Below the pieces are notes generated by a model that saw nothing but the letters and a program-made list of their open reading frames with translations, was not told the origin of the DNA and searched no databases. From a phage, in sequence record PZ386950.1: a stretch of DNA of 56,145 nucleotides; one strand, written 5' to 3'. Shown here one piece after another: positions 8,762-17,467 of the stretch; position 1 is the first letter of the stretch; every line of letters starts with the position of its first letter. The position numbers and the translations under genes were made by a program.

Positions 8762-9721
8762 ATGGCTACTAAAGACCCATACCCGGATATTTCAGACAAG
8801 TATGACGCTCGTATTCGCGAAGCACTTGATGTCGTGTGGGAAAACGTGCGTCGTAGTGAGTCGTTAGCTAACCTGGAATACATCATTGAAACTCAGGGTA
8901 TTGCCGGATTACTCCCCATTCTTGAAACACTCCCTGATGAACTTAGTGCACAGTTGCGCCCGGTTATTGAAGATGCGATCGCCGAATCAGGTCGTGTAGT
9001 CGTTCAGGTTTTACCGAAAGCGGCTGTGACAGGTCCGGTTGTGTTCAGTCTGGTCACCCCACAGGTCAGTACATACATCAACAACTATGTCGGGCAACTG
9101 ATCCGTGAAGTCAGTGATGAAACAGTCAAAGCTGTTCAGATTGCAGTTAACCAGGGTGTGGTAACCGGACGAAATCCGCGTCAGATAGCCCGTGATTTTC
9201 GATCATCAATAGGGTTAACAACACGGCAGGAAATGACGGTTCAACGTCTGCGATCAGCACTGGAAAAAGGTGAAGCAGGTTATGTGAACAGTCTGACCAC
9301 TGTTACAGACAGTGCAAAGAACGCTGTAAGTGCCGGGAAACTATCACAGGCGAAGATTGACCAGATAATCGAACAGACACGCTTGCGTTATGTAAAACAG
9401 CGCACAGAGACGATTGCGCGTACTGAATCACTTCGTGCTGTATCAGTTGGTCAGGATAAGGCTATTCGTCAAGGGCAGGTTACCGGGGCTATTAGTAATG
9501 AATTGCTGAAGCGCTGGTTATACAGAAAGGATGGTAGGACACGTGACGCGCATATTTCCACGGGCGAAACGAACGGCTGGATACCAATGGACAGACCGTT
9601 TTCAACACCGTTAGGACCACTTATGTTTCCTCGTGATCCTAACGGTAGTGCTGCGAACACGATCAACTGCAGGTGCCGGGTTCAGTATAGTTTACCTGAA
9701 GATATTGGTTCACTGGGTTAG
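8762..9721 (+). CDS. head morphogenesis protein (Mu gpF / SPP1 gp7-like)
   Basis: 319-aa ORF with C-terminal NTINCRCRV motif typical of F-like head morphogenesis proteins. Confidence 0.7.
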   Translation: MATKDPYPDISDKYDARIREALDVVWENVRRSESLANLEYIIETQGIAGLLPILETLPDELSAQLRPVIEDAIAESGRVVVQVLPKAAVTGPVVFSLVTPQVSTYINNYVGQLIREVSDETVKAVQIAVNQGVVTGRNPRQIARDFRSSIGLTTRQEMTVQRLRSALEKGEAGYVNSLTTVTDSAKNAVSAGKLSQAKIDQIIEQTRLRYVKQRTETIARTESLRAVSVGQDKAIRQGQVTGAISNELLKRWLYRKDGRTRDAHISTGETNGWIPMDRPFSTPLGPLMFPRDPNGSAANTINCRCRVQYSLPEDIGSLG

Positions 9722-10227
9722 ATGTGACACGGCATTACAATCATATATGCATCGTTTGGAAAATGAATATGAACCGGTCGATTAGAACTTTGCATACTAA
9801 TTTTTGCTTTACACACCCCGAAATATTTAGCCGCTTTAGCAGCGTCGTTTAAATATTGCAAATTCAGTCCGATTTCCGAAATTTTACATTCATCATAGCG
9901 AGCAACTCTACGCCAGTCTGGGTAACGCCCGTCAACAATGTCCAATGGTGTTTGTTGAACAGTCTCACCATTAACATCACAAAATGTTGCTGTATTATGT
10001 GTCACATCGATTAATACATGGTCAAATTTAGCTGGTGCTTTACCTTTAACAGATACAATAACAGTTTCATCATCTGTCATTGCTTTACCAACGAACATCC
10101 TGTAACCATCGGTTGACACAATAAAACCATCACTGTCAATACAGACCCCGTTGAAACAACAACGAACGTCGTTTTTTGCAGCGCAAAGAATTGCACACAT
10201 AAATTCAGGTCTACTAACTCTAATCAT
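9718..10227 (-). CDS. single-domain DNA polymerase III beta-clamp-like protein
   Basis: 169 aa from ATG 10227; VRCCFNGVCID...STDGYRMFV and IVDGRYPDWRRV closely match DnaN motifs (RYYLNG...ATDGHRLAV; LVDGRFPDYRRV). Confidence 0.6.
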   Translation of the reverse strand: MIRVSRPEFMCAILCAAKNDVRCCFNGVCIDSDGFIVSTDGYRMFVGKAMTDDETVIVSVKGKAPAKFDHVLIDVTHNTATFCDVNGETVQQTPLDIVDGRYPDWRRVARYDECKISEIGLNLQYLNDAAKAAKYFGVCKAKISMQSSNRPVHIHFPNDAYMIVMPCHI

Positions 10228-10499
10228 TCCTGTTTCTCCCCGCAGAACGGACAATAAGACATTTTGATGTTGGTTTCCAGGCGTGTGAAGTTCTTCGCCA
10301 GTTCACCGTTTTTCTTTTTGGCACGGTATGCAAGACGATATTTCAACATAACGTGAATTTTACCAGACGTCAGACCGAAACACTGATTATCCCAGCCAAC
10401 TTTATCAAACAGGTTAGTGCTGACTTCCGAACCTACTGGTACTTTTACCATCAGACGTTTTTGAAGTTCGTCACCAACTTTTTTCATGCAATCACACAT
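10224..10499 (-). CDS. zinc-ribbon protein
   Basis: 91 aa, N-terminal CDC and C-terminal CPFCG. Confidence 0.5.
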   Translation of the reverse strand: MCDCMKKVGDELQKRLMVKVPVGSEVSTNLFDKVGWDNQCFGLTSGKIHVMLKYRLAYRAKKKNGELAKNFTRLETNIKMSYCPFCGEKQE

Positions 10500-10660
10500 T
10501 ATGTATACCTCGATAGACGTTTTAATTTAACTATTAATCTTGTGACTTTACTCCAGTCAGATTCAGTAAAGTCGTCCACGTCTTTAGCCCATAACTCATT
10601 AACATGTCGTGGGTTATATGGTTCTTTCTTGACAGGCTGTTTCCGTTTCTTTTTACCCAT
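10499..10660 (-). CDS. small basic protein (about 53 aa)
   Basis: ATG at 10660 with GGGGAA RBS; TAATG overlap with downstream gene; not in track. Confidence 0.35.
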   Translation of the reverse strand: MGKKKRKQPVKKEPYNPRHVNELWAKDVDDFTESDWSKVTRLIVKLKRLSRYT

Positions 10661-10663
10661 AGG

Positions 10664-11044
10664 TTATTCCCCAGGGTGACGGATATTCAGATCCGGGAGA
10701 ATTTGCATCGGGTTAAACGTAACACGATAACGATACTGATCTGTTGGTGAAGGGTCTGTTTGTTCAATGAAATAAGTTACCTCCGTGGTTAACCCCATAA
10801 AGTGTTTCTTAACGTCGTTCGGACCAGTTTTACAGGTGATTTCGATCTCTTTGCTAGTGTTCTCACGGGCACAACGACCTTCGATAGACAAAAGATACTC
10901 ACCGTTACGAACATTATAGAAAACGATACGACGATTTACTTCAAAGTTAGCTGCAGCGGTTGCAACGTTACGACTGGCAACATCAGCAGCGTTATCACAG
11001 GCTGTCAGGGTTGTTAACATTGCGCATAGAATCAGTTTCTTCAT
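10664..11044 (-). CDS. lipoprotein
   Basis: MKKLILCAMLTTLTAC: signal peptide with lipobox LTAC. Confidence 0.65.
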   Translation of the reverse strand: MKKLILCAMLTTLTACDNAADVASRNVATAAANFEVNRRIVFYNVRNGEYLLSIEGRCARENTSKEIEITCKTGPNDVKKHFMGLTTEVTYFIEQTDPSPTDQYRYRVTFNPMQILPDLNIRHPGE

Positions 11045-11059
11045 TTTAGTGTCTCGGAG

Positions 11060-11461
11060 TTATTTAATGATTAATGTTGGTTGTAAGTCTTCTTCATACC
11101 AAGTCCAACCAATGCATGTACCATCTTCAGCATCAACATATGGTTTCAACCAGTCGATAAATTGTTCAATCTCACCACCATAATTTTTAATATCGCTACG
11201 ACTAAAAATATATTGAGTATCGGTGAAATCAAATTTAGGACAACTATTTATTACTTCCGGGTGATGATAAAAACTGCTACAACTACCAATAAAATTCCAT
11301 CTGGGGAGACTGAAAAACTTATGTTGTGGTAGTTTCTCTGGTTCTTTTTCACCACAGAACATGTGTGCAATAATAGCTTTCACATCCACAGGTACATCTG
11401 CTTTAATCTGACACTTCAACACTAATTCGGTATACATTCCCATTTTCACATCCTCATTCAC
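11060..11461 (-). CDS. hypothetical protein
   Basis: 133-aa ORF; alternative start at 11443 has better RBS (GAGGA). Confidence 0.5.
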   Translation of the reverse strand: MNEDVKMGMYTELVLKCQIKADVPVDVKAIIAHMFCGEKEPEKLPQHKFFSLPRWNFIGSCSSFYHHPEVINSCPKFDFTDTQYIFSRSDIKNYGGEIEQFIDWLKPYVDAEDGTCIGWTWYEEDLQPTLIIK

Positions 11462-11489
11462 CAGCGACCCATTGTCGCTTCCTGTAATA

Positions 11490-11530
11490 AAGATATCCTA
11501 CCGTCTGTAATCCGTCAAGAATTATTTTAA
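11490..11530 (-). promoter_or_regulatory. sigma70-type promoter with UP element (copy 4)
   Basis: minus-strand TTAAAATAATTCTTGACGGATTACA plus 17 bp and TATCTT. Confidence 0.6.
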
Positions 11531-11619
11531 AGATACAGTTAATACAGAACGTGTACTAACTGTACATGGTTTTACATAGGTTTCATGATTTTGAGTTGCA
11601 GCTAATACTGAATCTGTAT

Positions 11620-11760
11620 TAGTAGATCATAGATTCATAGATCGCGTCATGTTTATTTTTGACCAACCCATCTCTATCTTATTCTTTTTATTATCTTTTT
11701 ATAGAAAACATAGAAAACATAGATAAATAGAAGAGTAGTATAAGTAGTAAAAGTTGCTGC
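11620..11760. repeat. AT-rich element copy A (about 90 percent identical to 50985-51125)
   Basis: cgtcatgtttatttttgaccaacccatctctatcttattctttttattatctttttatagaaaacatagaaaacatagata matches second copy nearly base for base. Confidence 0.8.
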
Positions 11761-11816
11761 AAGTAGGAGAGGTTTAAAAGGTATAGAGAGTCGCATACTT
11801 CCCATGAATCTATACG

Positions 11817-11856
11817 TAAAATAATTCTTGACGAATTACACCGACACAACTACTCT
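11817..11856 (+). promoter_or_regulatory. sigma70-type promoter with UP element (copy 5, plus strand)
   Basis: AAAATAATTCTTGACGAATTACA plus 17 bp and TACTCT. Confidence 0.55.
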
Positions 11857-11886
11857 GTGGTTAAGAAAACAAGAAGGGTTGAATGT

Positions 11887-12255
11887 ATGGATCCGAACAT
11901 CAGAGTTGCCACAGACGAATTCATTCGTCGCGCCTGTAAAATTCATGGTGATCGTTACGACTACTCATTCAGCATTGTTGAAGATAGTTCCAGCACAGTG
12001 GTTATTATTGACCGTGAAACTAATACAGTGTTTTTCCAGGTTGTCGCTGAACATCTGGACGGTGTTGAACCAGTAACGACTGCTGTTGAACCGGTAACGA
12101 CTGCTGTTGAACCGGTAACGACTGTTGTTGAACCGGTCAAGAATCTTTCTGAGACATTCGGTAACGTTGCAAACAGCGTGTATCACCAGTGCAATTATTC
12201 ATCTGAAATGTTAGAATTTAGTCATGTTGAAACAATACGAGGACAGTCCCCGTGA
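11887..12255 (+). CDS. hypothetical protein with VEPVTTA tandem repeats
   Basis: track ORF starts at GTG inside the promoter -10; trimmed to in-frame ATG 11887 with RBS AAGAAGGG. Confidence 0.55.
   Translation: MDPNIRVATDEFIRRACKIHGDRYDYSFSIVEDSSSTVVIIDRETNTVFFQVVAEHLDGVEPVTTAVEPVTTAVEPVTTVVEPVKNLSETFGNVANSVYHQCNYSSEMLEFSHVETIRGQSP
12064..12137 (+). repeat. 21-bp coding tandem repeat (about 3.5 copies)
   Basis: gttgaaccRgtaacgactgct repeated, encoding VEPVTTA. Confidence 0.85.
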
Positions 12256-12662
12256 TAAATGTAAAAGTCAGCAAAACAGACCCCGGTTTACGAATGGTAT
12301 TCGGCTGGGGAACGATTTGTAAGAAAAGAAATTCTGAAAACGGTTTGTTAGAGGAGTACATCGACACTGACAACGAAATATTTCCCGAAGATGTTGTTCT
12401 AAAAGCATGGTTGGAATTCATGTCTGGCGACCAGCGTATTATGGACAATATGCACAATGAACAACCTGTAGGGAAAGTTGTGTTTGCGTTCCCGATGACT
12501 GAAGACATTGCGGAAAGTTTTGGGCTGGTTGATAAACTGGATCAGACAGGCATCATTGTTGGTACGTTGATAACTGATGACGAAGTTTTGAAAAAGTTTC
12601 AGACTGGTGAATATACGGGCTACAGCATCGGTGGTTCAGCTTATTATAAGGATGTGGAATAA
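12252..12662 (+). CDS. putative prohead protease (S78/U35-like catalytic region)
   Basis: MHNEQPVGKV and TGEYTGYSIGG resemble His and Ser motifs of HK97-type prohead proteases as I recall them; position before scaffold and capsid. Confidence 0.45.
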   Translation: MINVKVSKTDPGLRMVFGWGTICKKRNSENGLLEEYIDTDNEIFPEDVVLKAWLEFMSGDQRIMDNMHNEQPVGKVVFAFPMTEDIAESFGLVDKLDQTGIIVGTLITDDEVLKKFQTGEYTGYSIGGSAYYKDVE

Positions 12663-13921
12663 TGCGTACAGATGGTACTAATCATTTACGTCGCGCTAAA
12701 TCGATGAAGATCGGTTTTCTGTCCGGCGTGACAAAACCTGCTCACGAGGGAGCAAATGCTCTTGTTCTTAAATCACATTCAGAACCGCCTGCCGTTGCTC
12801 TTTTAAAGTCAACATTCAGTGCAGCACTGGCTGAAAAAGAACTTGAACAGAAAGTTCGCGATTTCCTCTCTAATTCGTGGATGTTGAACGATGCGCTTTA
12901 TGAAGCAGCAGAGGATATTGCAAAAGATGATTCTGTTACCGATAAACAAGCAGCATTGCGTGACGCGGTAAATGAATATATTATAACGTTGCAACAGGCC
13001 GCTGGTATTTCGATGAATAAAGCGAAAGGTGGTAAAACTGAAGACGGTGAAGTTTTCCCGGCATCTGATTATGCATATGTACCAGATCCAGAAAAACCTT
13101 CAACCTGGAAACTTCGTTTAACAGCTACCCCTGGCGGTGAACCTGATGCGCGTATTGTAGGCGCTGCACTTGCTGCATTAGGTCCGGGTTATCGCGGTAA
13201 CAAAGTTGAAATCCCTGAAGCCGATTTAGCAGGTGTGAAAAACAAAGTCCGATCCGCGTGGAAAAAATTACACCCGGACCAGGAAGTACCTCAAGTTTTA
13301 AAAACGGCAGAGGAAATCGAAATGTCCGAACTGGAAAAATACAAAGCCCTGGCTGAGATGAACGACGTCCATAAGGCGTATCATAATTCTCTGCCTGAAT
13401 CTGATCAGGAAGCATTCCGTAAAATGGATGTGACTGCTCGCGATGCCCTCGTGACGATGGCTAAACAGGCTGATGAATCGTTTACCACGATTGCGGGTCA
13501 GGTTGTTCAGAAATCTGTAGCTGGTCCGATGTATGACGTTCTGAAATCTCAGGACGAACAACTTCGCAAAGCACAGACTGAAGCGGCACTGGCGAAAGCT
13601 AAAGAAACCGTGAACACTGATTTCGCACATATTCCGGGTGAAATGGTACAGAAAACCCAGATGGTCATGACTCTTGAGCGTTTACCGGAAGCGGATCGTA
13701 ACTTCCTGGTTGAAAAGCTCAAACAGGCCGACGAACTCTGGAAAGCACGTAAAGAGCCAGCCGCGCCGAACGGCAGTGGTAAAGGTTCCAGTGCACTGGA
13801 AGACATGATCAACGAATGGCTGAAAGCAAATCCGGGTAAAACACGCACCCAGGCTATGCAGGCCATTTCTGCAACTAAAAAAGGTCAGGAAGCAATCGAA
13901 GCGATGCGAGGTGACGAATAA
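12662..13921 (+). CDS. scaffolding-like protein
   Basis: 419-aa acidic, helix-rich protein between protease-like and capsid genes. Confidence 0.55.
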   Translation: MRTDGTNHLRRAKSMKIGFLSGVTKPAHEGANALVLKSHSEPPAVALLKSTFSAALAEKELEQKVRDFLSNSWMLNDALYEAAEDIAKDDSVTDKQAALRDAVNEYIITLQQAAGISMNKAKGGKTEDGEVFPASDYAYVPDPEKPSTWKLRLTATPGGEPDARIVGAALAALGPGYRGNKVEIPEADLAGVKNKVRSAWKKLHPDQEVPQVLKTAEEIEMSELEKYKALAEMNDVHKAYHNSLPESDQEAFRKMDVTARDALVTMAKQADESFTTIAGQVVQKSVAGPMYDVLKSQDEQLRKAQTEAALAKAKETVNTDFAHIPGEMVQKTQMVMTLERLPEADRNFLVEKLKQADELWKARKEPAAPNGSGKGSSALEDMINEWLKANPGKTRTQAMQAISATKKGQEAIEAMRGDE

Positions 13922-14331
13922 TGGCTAAGAACAGCAAAATCTACTGGAACTATGAGCGCCCGACCCGTGCCGTTGCATCCGTGGCTATTTCGGCAGGTAT
14001 TGGTCTTGTTCTGGATACCAGTTTAGGTGACACTAACCAATGTGTACCTAAATACAAACTCCCAACGGCTGGCGGTCGTATTGACGGTGTAGCTGTTGAT
14101 GATGCCACTGCTGGTGTATTCTTCGACCTGGTAAACGAAAAAGAAAAATTCGTACCAGTAAAAGCATCTGCAGCGTTCGGTACAGGTGTCGAACTTGCTG
14201 TTGGTGCTGACGGACGATTCCAGACCGCTACTACTGATCAACTGGTTGTGGCTATTTCTCAAACTGGTGCCACTGCTGAAAACCAGGTAGTTACCGCATT
14301 ACTTATTGCACCGTATTCTAAAGGAGCATAA
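13921..14331 (+). CDS. capsid-associated protein (possible decoration protein)
   Basis: 136-aa ORF immediately upstream of major capsid gene. Confidence 0.45.
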   Translation: MAKNSKIYWNYERPTRAVASVAISAGIGLVLDTSLGDTNQCVPKYKLPTAGGRIDGVAVDDATAGVFFDLVNEKEKFVPVKASAAFGTGVELAVGADGRFQTATTDQLVVAISQTGATAENQVVTALLIAPYSKGA

Positions 14332-14334
14332 CCG

Positions 14335-15354
14335 ATGAGTTACAAACAGAATTTTCGCGACGTTGGCGCACCAGATACATTCCTGTCTAACTTTTCTGTA
14401 AGTTACTGGCAGGATACATCACTGTTTGTCGGTACTCGTTATTTCCCGGTAGTTCCTGTTAATCAGGCTGCTGGTAAGTTTCTGACTTACCCGAAAGGTT
14501 ATTTCGGTCGTCCGGTTAACTCCAAACGTGCCGAAGATGGTGTTGCTAACACTATTGGTTACAAAACCAAAAACCAGGGTTACACCGTTGATGACGATGC
14601 GATCCGTATCTTCATTTCTGACAAAAAACGTGCAAACGTTCAGAACGGTCAGCAACTGGATATGGAAGCGTCTGCAGTAACCACAGATGCGTTACTGATC
14701 AACAAAGAAGTGGATTTTGCTGAAAAATTCCTGACCGCTGGTAAATGGGGTCTTGATTTCCAGGGCAAAGACGCGTCTCCGTCCACGGGCGAATTCCTGA
14801 AATGGTCTAATGCGAATGCCGATCCGATTGGTGATATCCTGTCACGTCGTGTTGCGTTCTCTCTGGCATCCGGTGGTCGTCGCTGGAATAAAGCACTGAT
14901 GACGCTGGACGTGTATGACGCACTGACCCGTAGTCCGGCTGTTATTGACCGCATTAATGGTGGTTCTACCACTCAGAATCCGGGAATCGTGACTAAACAG
15001 GCACTGGCTGCACTGCTGGAAGTTGACGAACTGGAAATCATGCAGTCCGTGGTCAACATGGCTGCTGATGGCGTTGAAGACGGTGATGGCAATCCGATGT
15101 CAGACTTCCAGTTTGCTAAAACTGGTGTGCTGATGCTCAACTATGTTGAACCGACTGTTGGTAACATGAAACCTGTTGCTGCTGCGGGCTTCGTGTGGAA
15201 CGAGTTCATCGATCTGGGTGTTAACAACGGACCGTCTATCCGCACCTATCCGGGTGTTGAAGGTCGCCGTGGTAATTTCGTTGAAGCGGAATTTGCCATT
15301 GATGTTCAGATGGTTGCACCTGACCTGGGCGTTCTATTCTACGACGCGGTTTAA
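14335..15354 (+). CDS. major capsid protein
   Basis: 339-aa ORF with strong codon usage, followed by a terminator; position after scaffold. Confidence 0.7.
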   Translation: MSYKQNFRDVGAPDTFLSNFSVSYWQDTSLFVGTRYFPVVPVNQAAGKFLTYPKGYFGRPVNSKRAEDGVANTIGYKTKNQGYTVDDDAIRIFISDKKRANVQNGQQLDMEASAVTTDALLINKEVDFAEKFLTAGKWGLDFQGKDASPSTGEFLKWSNANADPIGDILSRRVAFSLASGGRRWNKALMTLDVYDALTRSPAVIDRINGGSTTQNPGIVTKQALAALLEVDELEIMQSVVNMAADGVEDGDGNPMSDFQFAKTGVLMLNYVEPTVGNMKPVAAAGFVWNEFIDLGVNNGPSIRTYPGVEGRRGNFVEAEFAIDVQMVAPDLGVLFYDAV

Positions 15355-15373
15355 TAACAACTGTGGTATCATT

Positions 15374-15402
15374 AAGGGGTGGCTTATGCTGCCCCTTTTT
15401 TC
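15374..15402 (+). terminator. rho-independent terminator after capsid gene
   Basis: GC-rich imperfect stem aagggg...cccctt followed by ttttt. Confidence 0.5.
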
Positions 15403-15416
15403 ATGAGGTTAAAATC

Positions 15417-15770
15417 ATGCGTAATTCATATGACCCGTCACTGAAATATGTTTTCACCCGTCCGATGCTGTGGAACGGTAAACAGATGTCCGCTGGCGAT
15501 AAAGTATCAACATCAAAAGCTACCCCGGCTGTTTTAAATGCCCTTGTGCGTATGCGCCACATTGAACCAGCTACTGCGACCGTTGAAGAACCAGTGACTA
15601 TAGCAAACGAAGAATCGGCATCAACCACATCTGCTGAAATCCGACGTGATGCGCCAAAAACCTATAACGTTTATGTTATGGGTATGCCGATGAATTCAGA
15701 ATCGTTTAGTAGTAAAAGTGCCGCTGCTGAATGGTGTGAATCTCAAGGCTTGACATATAACTATTCTTGA
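15417..15770 (+). CDS. hypothetical protein
   Basis: ATG 15417 with RBS GAGG; 117 aa. Confidence 0.5.
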   Translation: MRNSYDPSLKYVFTRPMLWNGKQMSAGDKVSTSKATPAVLNALVRMRHIEPATATVEEPVTIANEESASTTSAEIRRDAPKTYNVYVMGMPMNSESFSSKSAAAEWCESQGLTYNYS

Positions 15771-15996
15771 CCTATTGTTAAGTCAGTGACAGAACTGCAT
15801 AGCAGACACTATCACTTAATCGGTCGAAAGACGCCGGATAAACGTAACCGGCACACAACAGGTAAGAGCATTGAGTTGTTTAAAGTGGTGCTGCGACGAT
15901 TATCATACATCTCAGTGCTCTTATCGTTGTGGTGAATTGCAGTTCTCAGAAACAACCAGAAGATAAGCGCCTGGCACTGCAACCAAACACTCGCTG

Positions 15997-16010
15997 ATAA
16001 GGAGGTGATC
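15997..16010 (+). promoter_or_regulatory. extended Shine-Dalgarno-like 14-mer complementary to 16S rRNA 3' end
   Basis: TAAGGAGGTGATCC is the exact reverse complement of GGATCACCTCCTTA. Confidence 0.5.
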
Positions 16011-16184
16011 CTTATCTTGCTGGCGGGAAAGCCGCAAATCGTGGGTAAAGCATGTTGTGAAACATCCTGAACTGCGTGTCGTTTTACATAACTGGTTATT
16101 CACGTGTCACGCATAGGGGTATGTTGGGACGTCAGGTGTGGATGACCAGTTATGTAAAACCCTCATTATCACCCAGAGCCATTT

Positions 16185-16210
16185 GCCGTCTGTTTAAGAC
16201 GGCTTTTTTT
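16185..16210 (+). terminator. rho-independent terminator
   Basis: stem gccgtct-gttta-agacggc followed by ttttttt. Confidence 0.7.
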
Positions 16211-16249
16211 CGTGCTAATATAACGAAAACATTTCTCACAGGTGATCAC

Positions 16250-16660
16250 ATGGCTATTACAGTTGAAGGTATTCGTTATTTGATCAGTGTCCCTGATGTT
16301 ACTGATGAACAAATTCAGTGGTACATTGACAACGGTTATACAAATCCTCTCAGTATTTGCGTTGCTCTCTGTGATTATATGGCGTCTATCGCCAGCAACG
16401 ATACTGATATTAAAGTAGGTCCGATCTCACTCAGCAGTAGTCAGTCAGCAGACGCCTGGAATAAACTTAAAAAAGATTTTATTTTACGTATTAATACTGG
16501 CGCTGATTCAGGTGGTGGTTTGTTAGGTAGTTTTATGGGTGTTGGTGGAGCTACATTAACTGGCGCTGGTATGCAACCTGCTATTCAACGTGGTCAGTTC
16601 GACAACCCACCTGTAACACTTGAAAGCGGTGGTCGTGCACTTAACGAGGGTGAACGGTGA
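16250..16660 (+). CDS. structural protein (head-tail region)
   Basis: track ORF trimmed to ATG 16250; glycine-rich C-terminus. Confidence 0.4.
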   Translation: MAITVEGIRYLISVPDVTDEQIQWYIDNGYTNPLSICVALCDYMASIASNDTDIKVGPISLSSSQSADAWNKLKKDFILRINTGADSGGGLLGSFMGVGGATLTGAGMQPAIQRGQFDNPPVTLESGGRALNEGER

Positions 16661-17034
16661 TGGCAGATAAACGTCAAAGTGTCCTGAACGGTGTTACTCG
16701 TGCACTTGCTGAAGTAGGTGAAGATTTAACGGTAAAACGTGTGACAACGGTTCCCAATCCATCAAACCCTACATTACCGGGCACAACCGTTACCGAATCA
16801 CATACCTGTCGTGGTTATATTTACCCATTGGAAAAATGGGATTCGACTACTATGACCCGAATAACCACGACGATGGTAATTATGGATAGTCAGAGTTTTG
16901 AACCACGATTTGTTCCTGATCGGGGTGATATTGTGGTTGATGAACGTGGTAAAGAATATCGCCTTCTTGATCGTCAAAACCCACGATTGTTAGGGGATGA
17001 TATGGCATTTATTCACCCTGTTGGAGCGGCCTGA
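16657..17034 (+). CDS. head-tail joining protein (putative)
   Basis: 125-aa ORF by position between capsid and tail genes. Confidence 0.4.
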   Translation: MMADKRQSVLNGVTRALAEVGEDLTVKRVTTVPNPSNPTLPGTTVTESHTCRGYIYPLEKWDSTTMTRITTTMVIMDSQSFEPRFVPDRGDIVVDERGKEYRLLDRQNPRLLGDDMAFIHPVGAA

Positions 17035-17035
17035 T

Positions 17036-17467
17036 ATGGCTAAGGCTAACGTTAATGACATAAACCGTATAACAGGTGTCTTTAAAGACATTAAAGCTGA
17101 CCTGCGAGATTTTACCGATCGTGAAGTCATCCGGTATGTCCTGACGTTACGTAATATTCTTGTCAGTGAACCACCTGACGGTACACCAATATTGAGTGGC
17201 TGGGCAAGCAACAACTGGTGGTTCGATCAGGGGCAACCCGCTAATAGTCCTGATACACCAACAGGTAATGTTGAAGCCAGTAAAGCACGTATCGAACAGG
17301 ATACGGTCACTATCAGCAGTATTAAAGTTAATGGTCAGGAACTGCATATTACTAACAACGTTCCTTACATTGGGGTTCTCAATGGTGGTAGCAGTACACA
17401 GACACCTTCCGGGTTTGTCGAACGTGCTATATTAAAAGCCGGAATAATGGTGAGGTTTAATCAGTGA
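17036..17467 (+). CDS. tail-associated protein (putative)
   Basis: internal ATG 17036 overlapping upstream stop. Confidence 0.4.
   Translation: MAKANVNDINRITGVFKDIKADLRDFTDREVIRYVLTLRNILVSEPPDGTPILSGWASNNWWFDQGQPANSPDTPTGNVEASKARIEQDTVTISSIKVNGQELHITNNVPYIGVLNGGSSTQTPSGFVERAILKAGIMVRFNQ

Noticed and set aside
11857-11886. GTG start proposed by the ORF track for the 11857..12255 gene
   Set aside because: It lies inside the predicted -10 of promoter copy 5, upstream of the likely transcription start; the in-frame ATG at 11887 with an RBS is preferred.
15921-16103. Track ORF of 60 aa on the minus strand in the noncoding island
   Set aside because: No RBS, Cys/Ser-rich low-complexity translation, and it overlaps the inverted repeat and anti-16S element; more likely noncoding.
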